This document shows positions 42,681 through 55,819 of a DNA stretch of 64,000 nucleotides, piece after piece (position 1 is the stretch's first letter; each line of letters begins with the position of its first letter). Below the pieces are notes generated by a model. That model did no database searches, was not told the origin of the DNA, and was given only the letters and a program-made list of their open reading frames with translations. The DNA comes from Eledone cirrhosa (taxonomy: Eukaryota): contig CAXHJY010000007.1 of assembly GCA_964016885.1 (NCBI GenBank), forward strand, positions 1 to 64,000, in the 5' to 3' direction. The position numbers and the translations under genes were made by a program.

Positions 42681-43779
42681 CTTCTCCTCTGCCATCTAAA
42701 TACCAAAAACAAAGAATGTAAAACATATATCTTGCCTATCTCTCAGACTTTACAATGTGCTGAGGAGATAAAATTAATTTAAAGACCAGTGTGCTCATGC
42801 ACTGTGATCCTATAATGTAGCTTATAAGCTATTTCATAACTAAAAAACAATGTCAAACATCAACAAAAGTATATACAAATATCTTTGAATGTTTAAGTTA
42901 AACCTAAATAGATCGTATCTACAGGTCATTAGGTTAAGGCTGAACTAAAATCATATCTATAAATCATTAGGTTTAGACTGAACTGAGATCATACTTTCTT
43001 CTTCTTTTCGTCATCTTCGTTTCTTCTTTGTCTTTGTTGTCATTTTCATTTTAGTCGTCTGCTTCGTCGTCTTTTTCTTCTTTTCCATCTAAATATAAAA
43101 AAAATTGTAAACAAATATATAGATTCCTATTTATTGCCACTAGGGCGCAAAAGAAGGGGACAAATACAAGCTAAATGAACAATAATAATTCTTAGGGGTA
43201 TAAAAACCCTAGAAAATGCTATTTACATCATTTCTAAAAATAGCAAAACAATTGATGCTTTGGATAGAGCCAAATAGAAGACGTTAGACATGCTCAACCA
43301 ACCATGACGCCTAAACCAATCAGCTTCAGTAATCCAGTGAAACTAAACACCAATTGGTCGAAATACAGTTTGCAAAATTTAGCATTCTGTAGCCGCTTTT
43401 CACTGTATATAAGGCACAAAATTTACCCATCTCATTACAGTTGAAAATTGAAAACTTGATTGTCATGAAAGTACTTGTTCAATTAACATTTAACAGTTAA
43501 TATTCTACCATACTATTCAGATTACATCTATAAAATTCAGATTACATCTATATATATACACATACACATATATATATATATATATATACATTCATATATA
43601 CACTTCTACGAAATGTAATGTAAAAATACCATTTTCTTCTTGTCTCCCCACCCTTCGATTCATTCATCCATATATCTGTATAATCGCCCAGAATCCAATC
43701 CTACTTTCTCAATGCTATTCTATAATTCTGACTGGCTGTTCTAAATAATCTTGTGTATTTTAAAATCCCAGTATATCGC

Positions 43780-46700
43780 TTGTTACTGTTATATGCTTTA
43801 TTTAAAACCTTCTCCTCGCTCGCTAACTACCCCATACCCCCTCCCGCCCGCCCCTACTATCCACCCTTATTATTTGGACCAATCATAAGTCAGCGGCCTA
43901 TGCTATCACTTCTGGTTGCTTTTCGATATGATGGGTGGACTAAGGAATTCTGGAGAGTCTGAAGAATCTGGACACTCAGAGACAATGCCAAAGATAACGA
44001 CAAATTCACCTCATGCTGCCGGACGAAAGGGCAAGGAAACCTCCTCTTTGTTTCGGCCGCAGATGGCCAACATAACCCCAACCCCCTCCCCCCTCCCGCG
44101 CCCCACCCACCAAACGCAATCCAAAACTTCAGAGTTGGTACCATGAATGTAGGCACCTTAAAAGGTCGCTCTAACGAGGTTGTAGAAATGCTTGATCGTA
44201 AGGAGGTTGATGTTTGCTGTATCCAAGAGACCAGGTGGAGGGGCGGGTCTGCTAGATTCATTGTGGGTAAAAGACGATGCTATAAGCTTTTCTGGGTGGG
44301 AAATAATAATGGGCTGGGTGGGGTAGGAATCATGTTAGCAGAAAAATGGGTGGATAAGATAATAGACGTAAATAGAGTGAACGACAGAATAATTAAAATA
44401 AGACTTGCTCTAAATAGAACTACTGTGACAGTAATATTTGCGTACGCACCCCAATCCGGACTGCCTGGCGCTATAAAAGACAGATTCTATGAGACACTGA
44501 TGCTCACTACCTCCAAAATAATCGAGAATGACTATATAATTATTGTTGGTGACCTAAATGGTCACGTTGGACAACATTGTGACGGCTATGACGGAATCCA
44601 TGGATGCTATGGGTTTGGTACTAGAAATGAGGAAGGCTCCAGAATCCTGGAATTCTGTGACGCAAATAACCTAACTATCTGTAACACTAACTTCAAAAAG
44701 CGAGACAATCATTTGATCACCTACAAATCAGGGGAACATTCCAGCCAGGTAGATTATATCCTTACCAGAAGATGTGACAGAGTAAACACTAAATCCCTCC
44801 CACATGAAGAATGCACCTCTCAACATAGACTCATAATTAGCAACCTCATAGTCAGGACGAGACGTACTCGACAACAGAAGACGACTATCCTCAGGAGAAA
44901 AATATGGAAGCTAAAGGACCCCACAACCAGTAATAAATTTAAAAGCATATTACTTGATGCTTTCGACAGTAAGGAAGAGCAATTAGAGTCGTACAATATA
45001 GAGGAACAGTGGGAATTCCTGAAAGCAAACCTGCTGATGGCGGCAGATGAAGTCTGTGGCTGGAGCAGGCCTATATGCAGGAGGAGAGTAACGTGGTGGT
45101 GGAACAGTAAGGTGGAGGAGTCAATTAAGGCCAAAAAGCAGGCTCGGAAAGTATGGCGGGATGGGGGAAGTAGAGAAGACTATCAAGTTGTCAGGAGGGA
45201 AGCTAGGAGACAAGTGTACTTCGCAAGAAGGGAAGCAGAGGAAAGAAAGTTGAAGCATGTTCTACAACGCGAGGATCAAAAACGTGAGGTGTTCAGGATT
45301 GCTAGGCAATGTGTCATGGAAAACTGTGATATTGTCGGGGAGAAGTGTGTCCTTAATGATGATGGTGTACTTGCCATCACTGACGCTGATAAGAAGGTAG
45401 CTTGGAAGTGTCACTACGAAAGGCTACTAAATGAGGAGAATAAATGGGAGAAAGACAGTCTCCCCCACATCGATCCAATAGAGGGACCAGCAGTGCTAGT
45501 TGAAGGTAGTATAATAAGTAAGGCAATCAAAGATATGAAGACGGGTAAGGCGGCTGGGCCTTCGGAAATAGTTGCTGAAATGCTGAAAGCATCTGGAACG
45601 ATGGGACACACTATGGTGACCCGGATAGTAAACCAAGTCATACAGAATGAGGTTGTTCCGAAGGACTGGCGTAGCAGCATCATCATTAACTGCTACAAGG
45701 GTAAAGGAGATGCCCTAGATATGGGTAACTATAGAGGCATTAAATTAATCCACCATGTCATGAAGGTCACAGAAAAAGTAATAGCGCAACTAATCAGAGA
45801 GCGAATTGATCTAGATGAAATGCAGTTCGGGTTTGTGTCAGGTAAAATTACCACAGACGCTCTTTTCATTGTACGACAACTACAGGAGAAGTACTTAGCT
45901 AAAAGTAAACCCCTATACTTAGCTTTTGTCGACTTGGAGAAAGCCTTTGACAGAGTTCCCCGTTCCATTATCTGGTAGGCTCTTAGAAAACTAGGTGTTG
46001 ATGAATGGCTTGTGAGAGCTATACAAGCCATGTATAAAGAAACAGTCATCAAGGTTAGAATTAACAATGAATATAGTGAAGAGTTTAGCGTAAAAGTTGG
46101 TGTTCATCAGGGCTCCGTTCTTAGCCCCCTACTATTTATTATTGCCCTTCAGGCTATAACAGTGGAGTTCAAGACTGGCTGCCCATGGGAACTCCTATAC
46201 GCAGATGATCTAACGCTCATAGCCAAATCAATGGCCGAACTAGAGAAGAAATTCCTAACATGGAAGCATGGCCTAGAATCAAAAGGCCTTAAAATTAACC
46301 TGTCTAAGACTAAAGTTCTAGTTTGTAGGAAGGAAAATAGGGCACCGGTCCCATCCGGGAAATGGCCATGCTCAGTGTGTAGGAAAGGAGTAGGTAGAAA
46401 CTCCATTTTATGTCCCAAATGCAAAGTATGGGTGCATAAAAGATGTAGTGGGATCACAGGTAAGCTAACTAAGAACATAGATTTTATATGTGGTCGGTGC
46501 TCTGGTGCAATAAGTAGCAGCAAGTGCCCACAGAATACTAGCTCATTCCATTGCACAGATGGTTCTATAGAAATAGTGGACAGCTTCCGTTACCTGGGTG
46601 ACAAAATCAGCAGTGGAGGAGGGTGCTCTGAAAGTACAGTAGCTAGAGTCAGAACTGGATGGAAAATGTTCAGAGAGCTTATACCACTATTAGCCGCTAA

Positions 46701-47544
46701 ACTGTTCTCCCTAAAAATGAAAGGCAGGCTGTATGATGCCTGCATACGAACAGCAATGTTACATGGCAGTGAGACCTGGGCATTGTGTGCAGAGGATATA
46801 CGCAGACTGGAGAGGAACGAAGCTTGCATGCTCCGCTGGATGTGTAATAGTAATATACGTGAATGGCAAAGCATAAACGAACTCAGGTAAAAATTAGAAA
46901 TAAGAGGGATCAGTTGTTGTTTACTTGAGAGAAGACTACGTTGGTATGGTCACATGATGCGCATGAAAGACGACAGCTGTATAAAAAAGTGCAGGTCAAT
47001 AAAAATAGACGGTAGCCACGGAGTAGGCAGACCCAGAAAAACATGGGACGACTTGATAAATTCCGACCTCACACACTTACACCTCTCCAAGACAATGTCA
47101 CTGGACCGAGGTCTTTGGCGCTACACAGTAATACAGAAGACCCGCCTTACCTAAGTACAAAGTGAAACCTACCACAGTCAGTAGGCACCTCTAACAAAAA
47201 TACACCCCCGTCCCACTACCCCCACCCGATCCACACCACCCCTTTCAATATGAAGTTATGTTGGTACCACAACATCCAGTCCGAAACAAATGAGGTCGTG
47301 TAGGTGTCACGACAAAAAAACACACAGTCCACGCTGTAATGTGGCCGTGTAGGTAACACGGTAAAAACCTCCCAGTCCACACTGTAAACGTGGTTGGTGT
47401 TAGGAAGGGCATCCAGCCGTAGAAATCCCGCCAGACAGTCCTATGCGAGCAAGACAACCACTCTTGCCTCAAGTGAGAAAACTCCCGTCCAAACCCATGC
47501 AAGCGTGGAAGATGGACGTTAAACGATGATGATGATGATGATGA

Positions 47545-47545
<1 letters not shown>
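43780..47545 (+). mobile_element. Near full-length RTE-clade LINE: APE endonuclease, RT, PHD finger, (GAT)n tail
   Basis: NVGTL, CIQETRW, GDLNGHVG, QVDYIL, DLEKAFD, GVHQGSVLSPLLF, YADD; in-frame stops at 45976 and 46888; 5' boundary approximate. Confidence 0.93.
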
Positions 47546-48040
<495 letters not shown>

Positions 48041-48769
48041 AAAGTACTTGACGATGAGCATTCTAGCTGTTCAATAAACTGATTGAATAATACAAACGAT
48101 GTTTTAATATACAGATTCATTATCTGTGTATATATAATATATACAAAGCATATAAATAAATTTACAGTAGAATAACATAGCAAATATGTTTTAAATATAT
48201 ACATAAATAACATTACCAATGCTTACATAACATTATAAATTGCTCGCGATTCTTTCAGAAGGATATATTCCTTTAATGTTGCAATATTAAAGAAAATATA
48301 CGTATATATATATATACATACATATATTTATTCAACTAAGGAAAGTTGGTTGATTGAAAATCTGCCGACTCTTTCATAAGAGATGACAAACACTCAACAG
48401 TTTATGTTTATCCGGAGTTTTATTATAATAATTGTTTCTACTTTGGCACAAGGCCAGCAATTACCCATTGTATTACTGGTACTTTATTTTATCGACCCCA
48501 TAAGGATGAAAGGCAAAGTTAACCTCGGCGGGTTATGATAATAAACAAGAAAGACGGTATCATTTACCCATCCCTATTTTATTATGCGTATTTCATTTGT
48601 ATAACATCTGCCCTACGTGTTCTCATATCAACGGATATCAACGAATATCTCATATCAACGGATATTTACATCTTGCATGGATTTTTGTCGGAAGAAAACA
48701 CGTAGGACAGATATTATACAAATGACATATGTCTTCGAAATAAGTACCGTCTTTCTTCTTTATTATTAT

Positions 48770-48845
<76 letters not shown>

Positions 48846-48859
48846 CTATGTTTTATATT

Positions 48860-48931
48860 GCCTCGTCCGACGAACGAATGAAGACGTATCTTTCGTATTC
48901 GCCTTATTCGGGAAACCTCTGGTAATGAGGT
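48860..48931 (+). ncRNA. Hammerhead ribozyme variant (CCGACGA core) between (TA)n tracts
   Basis: GCCTCGT-CCGACGA-A-CGAATGA..TTATTCG-G-GAA-ACC/TCT/GGT-A-ATGAGGT: 7-bp helix I, 7-bp helix II, 3-bp helix III. Confidence 0.68.
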
Positions 48932-49174
48932 AATTATATTGTATTGTTGTTTTTTATACATTATATATATATATATACATATATATACATACATAGTAAT
49001 AATAATAATATTTATACTTATATATGATTATAAATATGGATGGTAGTACTAAGTACTAGCCAGTTACCGGTAGGAGAAAAGGCTCAATGTAAATTTTCAA
49101 ATGTATTACAGAGCCGAGATACAAAATATAAAACAATAAAATCTTAGTTTAATACAATTGCTGATGATTTTTTT

Positions 49175-49206
<32 letters not shown>

Positions 49207-49207
49207 C

Positions 49208-49697
49208 ATGGTGGTGGCTGCCAACTCGTTTTCGAGTACGGCCACTACTTTATATCCATGTAGGAGAACCCCTACCGAAGCGCTGAACGAGTGTGACTTT
49301 TTAGTCCAGCCAGCGACTTGAAAACTCTGGTACAAACACTACACTTGTGACAATTATTGACACATAGTGCTGGGCCCATGGTACCATGTGAGGACAAGTG
49401 CAGAGAGATCTCCAGATATAAAGCAATGCCTGTGCCGTGAAGCTTTTATAGTGAGCAAAGGCACTGCACAAAGCCAGTCCCACTCTCTTAACCAAGATGA
49501 TATTTACCAAAAAGAAGAACAAGTCAACATCATTGGATACCATCAGGGTTGCAGGTGTTATATCAGAGTTTTCCTTCTCCTAGAATTCTGCCTTGACAAA
49601 GGCTAAGGGGTCATCTCTCCCGGTGATTTTGGATGGCCATTGACTCTTAAGAGCTCCTTTGCCCTTTGACAGCTTTTGTTTTTAGTCCTGCAGGACA
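49208..49697 (-). mobile_element. Probable RTE 5'-UTR-like insert flanked on both sides by (CATA)n
   Basis: GAAGGAAAACTCTGAT motif shared with the RTE 5' UTR near 26140. Confidence 0.45.
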
Positions 49698-49737
49698 TAC
49701 ATACATACATACATACATACATACATACATACATACA

Positions 49738-49773
<36 letters not shown>

Positions 49774-49927
49774 CAATATATATACAATATATTAATAAAT
49801 GGAAACTATATTTATAAAACCATATTTATTTTATACATATATACACACACATATATATGTATGAAACTTAATTATTCGTGTAATGCGACTCCTGTAACGT
49901 TTTTAATAATTATTTGATATTACTTAC

Positions 49928-49995
49928 CATTTTCTTATCTTTTGCTTTTATTGTTTCTTCTTTTCTCCTGCGTTTGTTGACATTTGCACTATTTC
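49928..49995 (-). other. Candidate minus-strand exon ending AAAATG|GTAAGT
   Basis: Consensus donor; tttttctccag acceptor or, alternatively, a YY1-like GCGCCATTTT 5' UTR motif just upstream. Confidence 0.35.
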
Positions 49996-50060
49996 CTGGA
50001 GAAAAATGGCGCCAAACTTTTCCTTTTGAAGGAATAATGTGATTGTGTTCACGTGATATA

Positions 50061-50210
50061 TAGCTGTCAGTCGTGAAAGCAGCCGATGAAAGCAGGCGAA
50101 GGTGACGTCATTCGTCATCGTTTATTTCCGTATTACTACCACCAAGTAACTCCACTTACGCGTGGTAGTAATACGGAATTAAACGATGTTTTGCTTTTGA
50201 CTGACAGCTA
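50061..50210. repeat. Palindromic element related to those at 10.1 kb and 33.8 kb
   Basis: Outer arms TAGCTGTCAGTC/GACTGACAGCTA; inner 27-bp arms 50116-50142/50162-50188. Confidence 0.8.
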
Positions 50211-51057
50211 ATAGCGTTGTAGTGCCCAATTATATATTCAGAGATTAAAAAAAATTATTTACTTTTTTAATTTCTTAATTTTTTTTTTTTTTTAAATCTT
50301 TTAATTTTTTAATTTTTTAATTTTTAATTTTACTTTTAATTTTATTATATTATATTATTTTATTATCTTATTATCTTTTATTATTATTATTTTATTATAA
50401 TTGGCAGTATCAGTAGAGGGTGGGTGGATTGGCAGTATCAGTAGAGGGTCGGACGCCATGCTTTCCAGCATAGTTACGTCCCTTGACGATCTGAGTTCAA
50501 ATCCCGCCGAGGTTGACTTTGCCTTTCATCCTTACGGGGTCGATAAAAATAAAGTACCTGTAATACACTGAGTAATTGCTGGCCTTGTGCCTAAAGTAGA
50601 AACAATTATTATTATTTTATTATTTTTCATTATTATTATTTTTTTTTTTTATTATTTTACTTTATTTAATTTTATTATTTTTATTATTTTTATATTTTTT
50701 TATTACTTTATTATAATTTATATTATGTTTTAACCATTGTCTGTATTTTTTATGCTTTTGCATTTTTTGCTTTTGCATTCTTTGTTTTTGTGTGCCATCT
50801 ATTATATCTGCATCTTGTTGAATCCGCTTATGCCCTGGCATTTAGCTGCGGTGCTTAACAACCCCAGCATGCACCTCGTTGTTCGCCATCTCCAATCTCC
50901 CTATCTTTATTCTGATTGTTCGTGTGACTAGGTTTTTGTGGAGCTTATACTCAACACTGTATTTATTAGGCTCTGAGGATTTCTGCCACAAGGTGAGGGT
51001 GAAATATTGTAAGTAAATAAAGACTGTTAGAGTATGTAAGCGTTCTTTGGTTTCTTT

Positions 51058-51134
<77 letters not shown>

Positions 51135-51577
51135 TTAGGAAAATTAACAAAGAGAAGTATCCCTCTGAAATCTACTTCAAACTTCTGCATTCGATAAAAT
51201 AAAGATAAAATGCCAGTACTGGGATCGATAGAATCGACTTTCTCTTCCCTACAAATTGCTGGCCTTGTGCCTGAATTAGAAACTATTACAGTATACACAT
51301 CTGAATGTATGTATGGACCCGTAACACCCGATGAAAGCGTAAAGAGATGGGGTGTAGTGGCATACAGTATCTTGGGCACTTTATGTCTGGCGACGCCCAT
51401 CTTCGTTCCAGGTATGAAAACAGCCCTATTTTCCCAGAGAAGGAGAGAGTGAATGATAGACAAGAAGTAAGAAAGAGATATATAGGGAAAATGCACCCCA
51501 GTACTGGACTGGTACCTTTTTATCGACCTCGGTGAGAGACATGGAACGAATACCACTAAGCATTCTATCCAAGGTTC

Positions 51578-51987
51578 TGTAGCGCTTTCTAGACAGGAAG
51601 TAGCTGGAGTTACTTCCCGTTTAGGTTGCAGAACCTTCTTTGTGACTTCCGTCCAGGGAACTATAAAGGAGAGGGATGAAAGCTATCTTCCTCTCTTTTC
51701 ACCTTTTGGCTGCCTGGCCTTTCGGCCAAGCGCGTTCCGCCGACGGTACACTCTCTCGCTTCCTGACTGTAAAAAGGTAAACACCTAACTTTCTTTCGTC
51801 GTGAACCCACTAGCCAACATGTAACACAACAACTTAACCACGGCCTGGCAACATTTCCGCCAGTAGCCCGTGCCTCCTGAATTCCTTAATTCGTTGTTTC
51901 ATCTCTCTTGGCATGTCAGCTATTCAGCTCTACTCAGCTCAACCTTCGTAAATAAATATTGTACATACAACCCAGTGTCCTGTTATA
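51578..51987 (+). mobile_element. Solo LTR of the 12.7-14.8 kb family
   Basis: TGTAGCGC...AATAAA...CCTGTTATA, 4-bp TSD GTTC. Confidence 0.9.
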
Positions 51988-52059
51988 GTTCTAATGACTG
52001 CCAATTCACCGTCTATATCTGTTTGTCCATGTATGTAAATATGTTTGTAGTTGTGAAGG

Positions 52060-53420
52060 TGTAGCTGTTAACCGGATCCTTAAGGAAGCTCGGAATAGCT
52101 TTGCACGTGCTCTCTCCTATCTATTGAAAAACGTTTGTTTATCCTACAATACGTCTGACTGGCAGAAACTGTTTTTGTTCCCTCTCATCTCGCTTCGCGT
52201 GCGCAATGCGAAATCGGGTTCCCTCACGTCCTCTCAAGCGGCACTTCCAGCCGTTTGAGTTCACCCCAACCACTTCTCACCTTAGTTTGACATCGAACTC
52301 AGTGCCTACCAAAAGGCAACCGATAAACCTGAAACGTGTGGATAATGCCAAATTCAGCGAATATGACATTAAAGGGGCTGTCCGTCTACTCTCTTCTCTG
52401 TCCTCGCTCCGTGTACCTCTCATTCTCTTGAGCGACTTAAATAGAAGCACCCATCGGCACCCCCAGATGATCAATTACATTGGCCCGAATCACCAGAATA
52501 CTCGGGACCGGTCTACGCCACTGAAAACATCACAAAAGCGATTTCATCTTTCCATGCTGGTTCAGGCGCAGGGATTGACGCCCTTTAACCTCAACACACC
52601 AAGGATGGTATCTCCTTATCGGCCGGTAACGCCAAACTCGAGCTCTTGGAGAGTCTGACTCAGTTTGTGAATCAGTTCTCTTCAGTGAACGTTTTCCTCT
52701 ATATCCGTCCGCTGTTCTTCGGTGCGAAAATATCCGGATAAGGCTCTAGCCACTGCTAACAAAATGGCTGAGGAGTTTGACCGTCGGGGTCTCTATGTCA
52801 ATACCTCCAAATATGAGCTCTGGATTCTCAACCACCCGGCTTCTGAACATCAACAGACAATTTATATGTTTACAGAGTCCTTCCCTTCCATTGCGATTTC
52901 TCCCCCGTCAGTTTGGTGCTCCTTAGGAGCCCCAATTACAGATCTCGCCTTCGAGTCAATCTTCCAATCGAAGATGGTTGGCATTGAGCAGTTGCTGAAG
53001 AATATTGAAGAAATCGAATCCCATCAAGGTTTTTTCATACTCAGAAACTACCTTTCAATTCCTAAACTGTGCCCCTGGTCGAGAGGTAGATGCCTTGTCT
53101 GGGACGTCACAGTTAGTGACTCTTTTGCTTCTTCCCACATCCTGGATGCTGCGGTTAGAGCGAGAGTCACAGCTTCCGCAGTAGAACGGAACAAAATCCT
53201 AAAATACCGTGATCTGTCGGCCAACGACATTATCCAGCCTGTGACATCTGAGACGTTTGGGGGAGTCGGGCTACTGACTGCGAGTTTCCTACCTTCACTG
53301 GCGGCTCGCCTAACAGAGGTAACTGGTGAAGCTCGTAAAGGCACCTGGTTATTCCAGCGCATCAGCCTCGCCATCATCTGAGCTAACGCTGCGATTGTGC
53401 TGGCTTGCCTCAAAAATTAT
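52060..53420 (+). pseudogene. CRE-clade non-LTR retrotransposon remnant with restriction-like endonuclease, internally deleted
   Basis: GAGIDAL*PQHTKD; PWSRGRCLVWDVTVSD..E..K..KY..ETFG..LFQRISLAII*ANA. Confidence 0.75.
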
Positions 53421-54119
53421 TGGAGAGATTTTCCAGTGCTCCTCGCGATACTGTTATCTTTTACTCTGGTAGTGGCTCGGTTGTCCACCCCTTTCACCTG
53501 CCTTTTGTTGTGTGGTCACAGATGTGTGTACTACTGCTTCTGTTTTTTTTCCCTTGTCTTTCTTTTCCTTTCTTTTTTTTCCCGTTTTCCCTTTCCCTTT
53601 CCTTTGTATTATATTTCTTTATGCTTTCGTTCTGTAAGCATTGTATTATTATACATCTTTTTGTTAACTTTTAAAATCAAACTGAATAGTGTAAACTTAG
53701 AGTTACTTCCCTTGTCTCAATGTGCTTGTCGTAATATTTAAACTGAGCCATCTAGGTAACAGTATCTGAATTAATACTTCTTGCGAGCTTTCTAAACAGT
53801 TAAAACATTTCATTTCTTGGGTTCTCTTGTTGTTAACTACTTTTGTGTACTTATTACGAAAGATGTCAGGCTGTCTGAAATCCTAATACACTTTTGTGTA
53901 CCCATTATTTGAATTAGTACTGTGTATTACATTCCTTCAGTAGATAGTACGTTCTGCTACATAGTTGCATATAATCAAAGTATAAGAATCACTTTCTTTA
54001 TATTTCAAAGAGAAAAATATATTCTTTGAACAGTTTTAATTTATCAATAAACTAATTGATTAATTAAATTAAAGATCGCAATAATTTCCAAGACGTGCAA
54101 TAAACTGTCACGGCTGAAA

Positions 54120-54333
54120 TTAAGTAACTATGGCAACTAAACGTTTGTCTATAACGTCACTTCCTCTTCCTTTTTTTTTCCTCTTGAATGTATTTAAACG
54201 CACGTTGTTTAGTAAGCAAGTTGTTGCTAATTGATACAGACAAGCTCGACTTGTCACCGGTTTACTCTTGTCTACCGGTGCAGTCTCGCACAGGATTTTT
54301 AATTTCGACTTGTAAAACGGATTTGAAACAGCC
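54120..54333 (+). promoter_or_regulatory. Candidate promoter / 5' UTR with RFX X-box and CRE-ETS-like motifs
   Basis: GTAACTATGGCAAC 54124-54137, ACGTCACTTCC 54154-54164, GTTGCTAATTGATAC 54223-54237; locally CpG-richer unique sequence. Confidence 0.5.
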
Positions 54334-54448
54334 ATGTGGCAAATGCTGTTAGATTGGCTATGGATCGTATGGAATTTTATTTTACTATATTACATCGGTT
54401 TGCGGACTTTCTTCCAGGAAGTTACCTCTGAACGCAAGAAACCCTCAG
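54334..54448 (+). CDS. Candidate first coding exon, hydrophobic N-terminus MWQMLLDWLWIVWNFILLYYIGLRTFFQEVTSERKKPS
   Basis: acagccATG start context, CAG|gtttga donor (phase 1), upstream promoter motifs. Confidence 0.5.
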
Positions 54449-54758
54449 GTTTGATGCAAAACGCTTTAAAATATATCTATATATTATCTATAGGTAGACA
54501 AATATCTCGCAGTATTTATTTAACTCACTTTACGTTGTGAGTTCGAATCCCGGCAAAATTGACATTACATTTCATTCTTCCACTCTCGACATAAACAATG
54601 TCTTTATATATATATATATATTCTATTTTAACTACTATTTTCATTTGCAACGGCATATATACAGAAATTATCGTTCTGTTTGGGCGAGTGTTCGTCATAG
54701 GTCTAGGCAATGTAAACAATGACTTTGGTAGTTTTCGCTCGCAGTCAATAAACCGGTC

Positions 54759-54790
<32 letters not shown>

Positions 54791-54884
54791 GTATGTGTGT
54801 GTGTGTCACAATTATAGAAGAGCATCTCGATTTCAGTGGGAAAAAGTTTGGTAAATTTACAGGAAAAACTCCTCAGCCGTTGAG

Positions 54885-54965
54885 TAGGAAATTGTCTTTT
54901 TTCCCCCCTAGATTTTCCCTTGTGTTAACCAGAAATCTGACGGGGAAAAAAAAGACAATTTCCTA
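54885..54965. repeat. Inverted repeat / hairpin
   Basis: TAGGAAATTGTCTTTTTTCCCC ... GGGGAAAAAAAAGACAATTTCCTA. Confidence 0.75.
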
Positions 54966-55819
54966 TTATTTTGTTCCCGGTATCCTTTAGCTTTATTTCA
55001 CGTTACCCATTGCCGAATTTACCATTGTGCTTAGGTGTGCTTATTAAGTGGAGGGCCATTGTTGGCCAGGAGGCCATCTACACGTCCAAAATATTTTTTA
55101 CGATGAATTTTTCAAATGTTTAGGGCTTCAACTAAACTAGCACAGGGCCTCATTTGTCTTAAATCCAGCACCTACATTGCCCCATTCCACTCAGCTGGCA
55201 AAAATAAGTTGTACCTATAATTCAAATGGCCAGACTTATCACACCTTGTGTCCCACTGAATCTCCCTGACAGCTACCTTGAGGGTACAAGTGTCTGTGGA
55301 ATGCTCAGTGACTTGCACATTAATTTCGTGAGCAGGTCGTCCTGTTGATCGGATCAACTGGAACATTCATCGTCAGAACCGATAATAACTATTTTGTATA
55401 TGTGCATGTTTCATTGCGTAAGAATGTGGTAGAGCATTTACTATCATAATTGATTGTGTGTCACCTTTTCGTCAATACTTGCAGAGCCTGATATCTTGAA
55501 AGTTGAGTTTATGCCTTTCCTGTCTCAAGTACAGGGCCAGCACTACCATTAGGCCAACTAGGTCTAAATCACATTATTTAACCTTAACGGTTTAAACTTT
55601 TAGCATTTACATTACTCTATATTTGCTATTGTATTTTCATGGTAAATACTTTATCTCACATAATATCGAATCTATAACATTTTGATATTATTTATTTTGA
55701 AAACAATACCTTAACATAAGTATGAGCAGCCGGTTTGAACAGAAAGAGGTGGGAGAATTCTGGCCGAATACAGCCGATTTAAATGCTAAAGGGTTAAAGT
55801 AAAATAATTTTAAAATAAG

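Noticed and set aside
51338-51430. CCGATGA-hairpin-GAAA hammerhead-like motif (similar weak cases near 8870-8955, 11100-11130 and 48690-48745)
   Set aside because: No convincing helix I or III, or the core is too decayed to call
55310-55380. CTGACGA...GAAA on the minus strand
   Set aside because: Antisense of a SINE tail; helices I and III do not form
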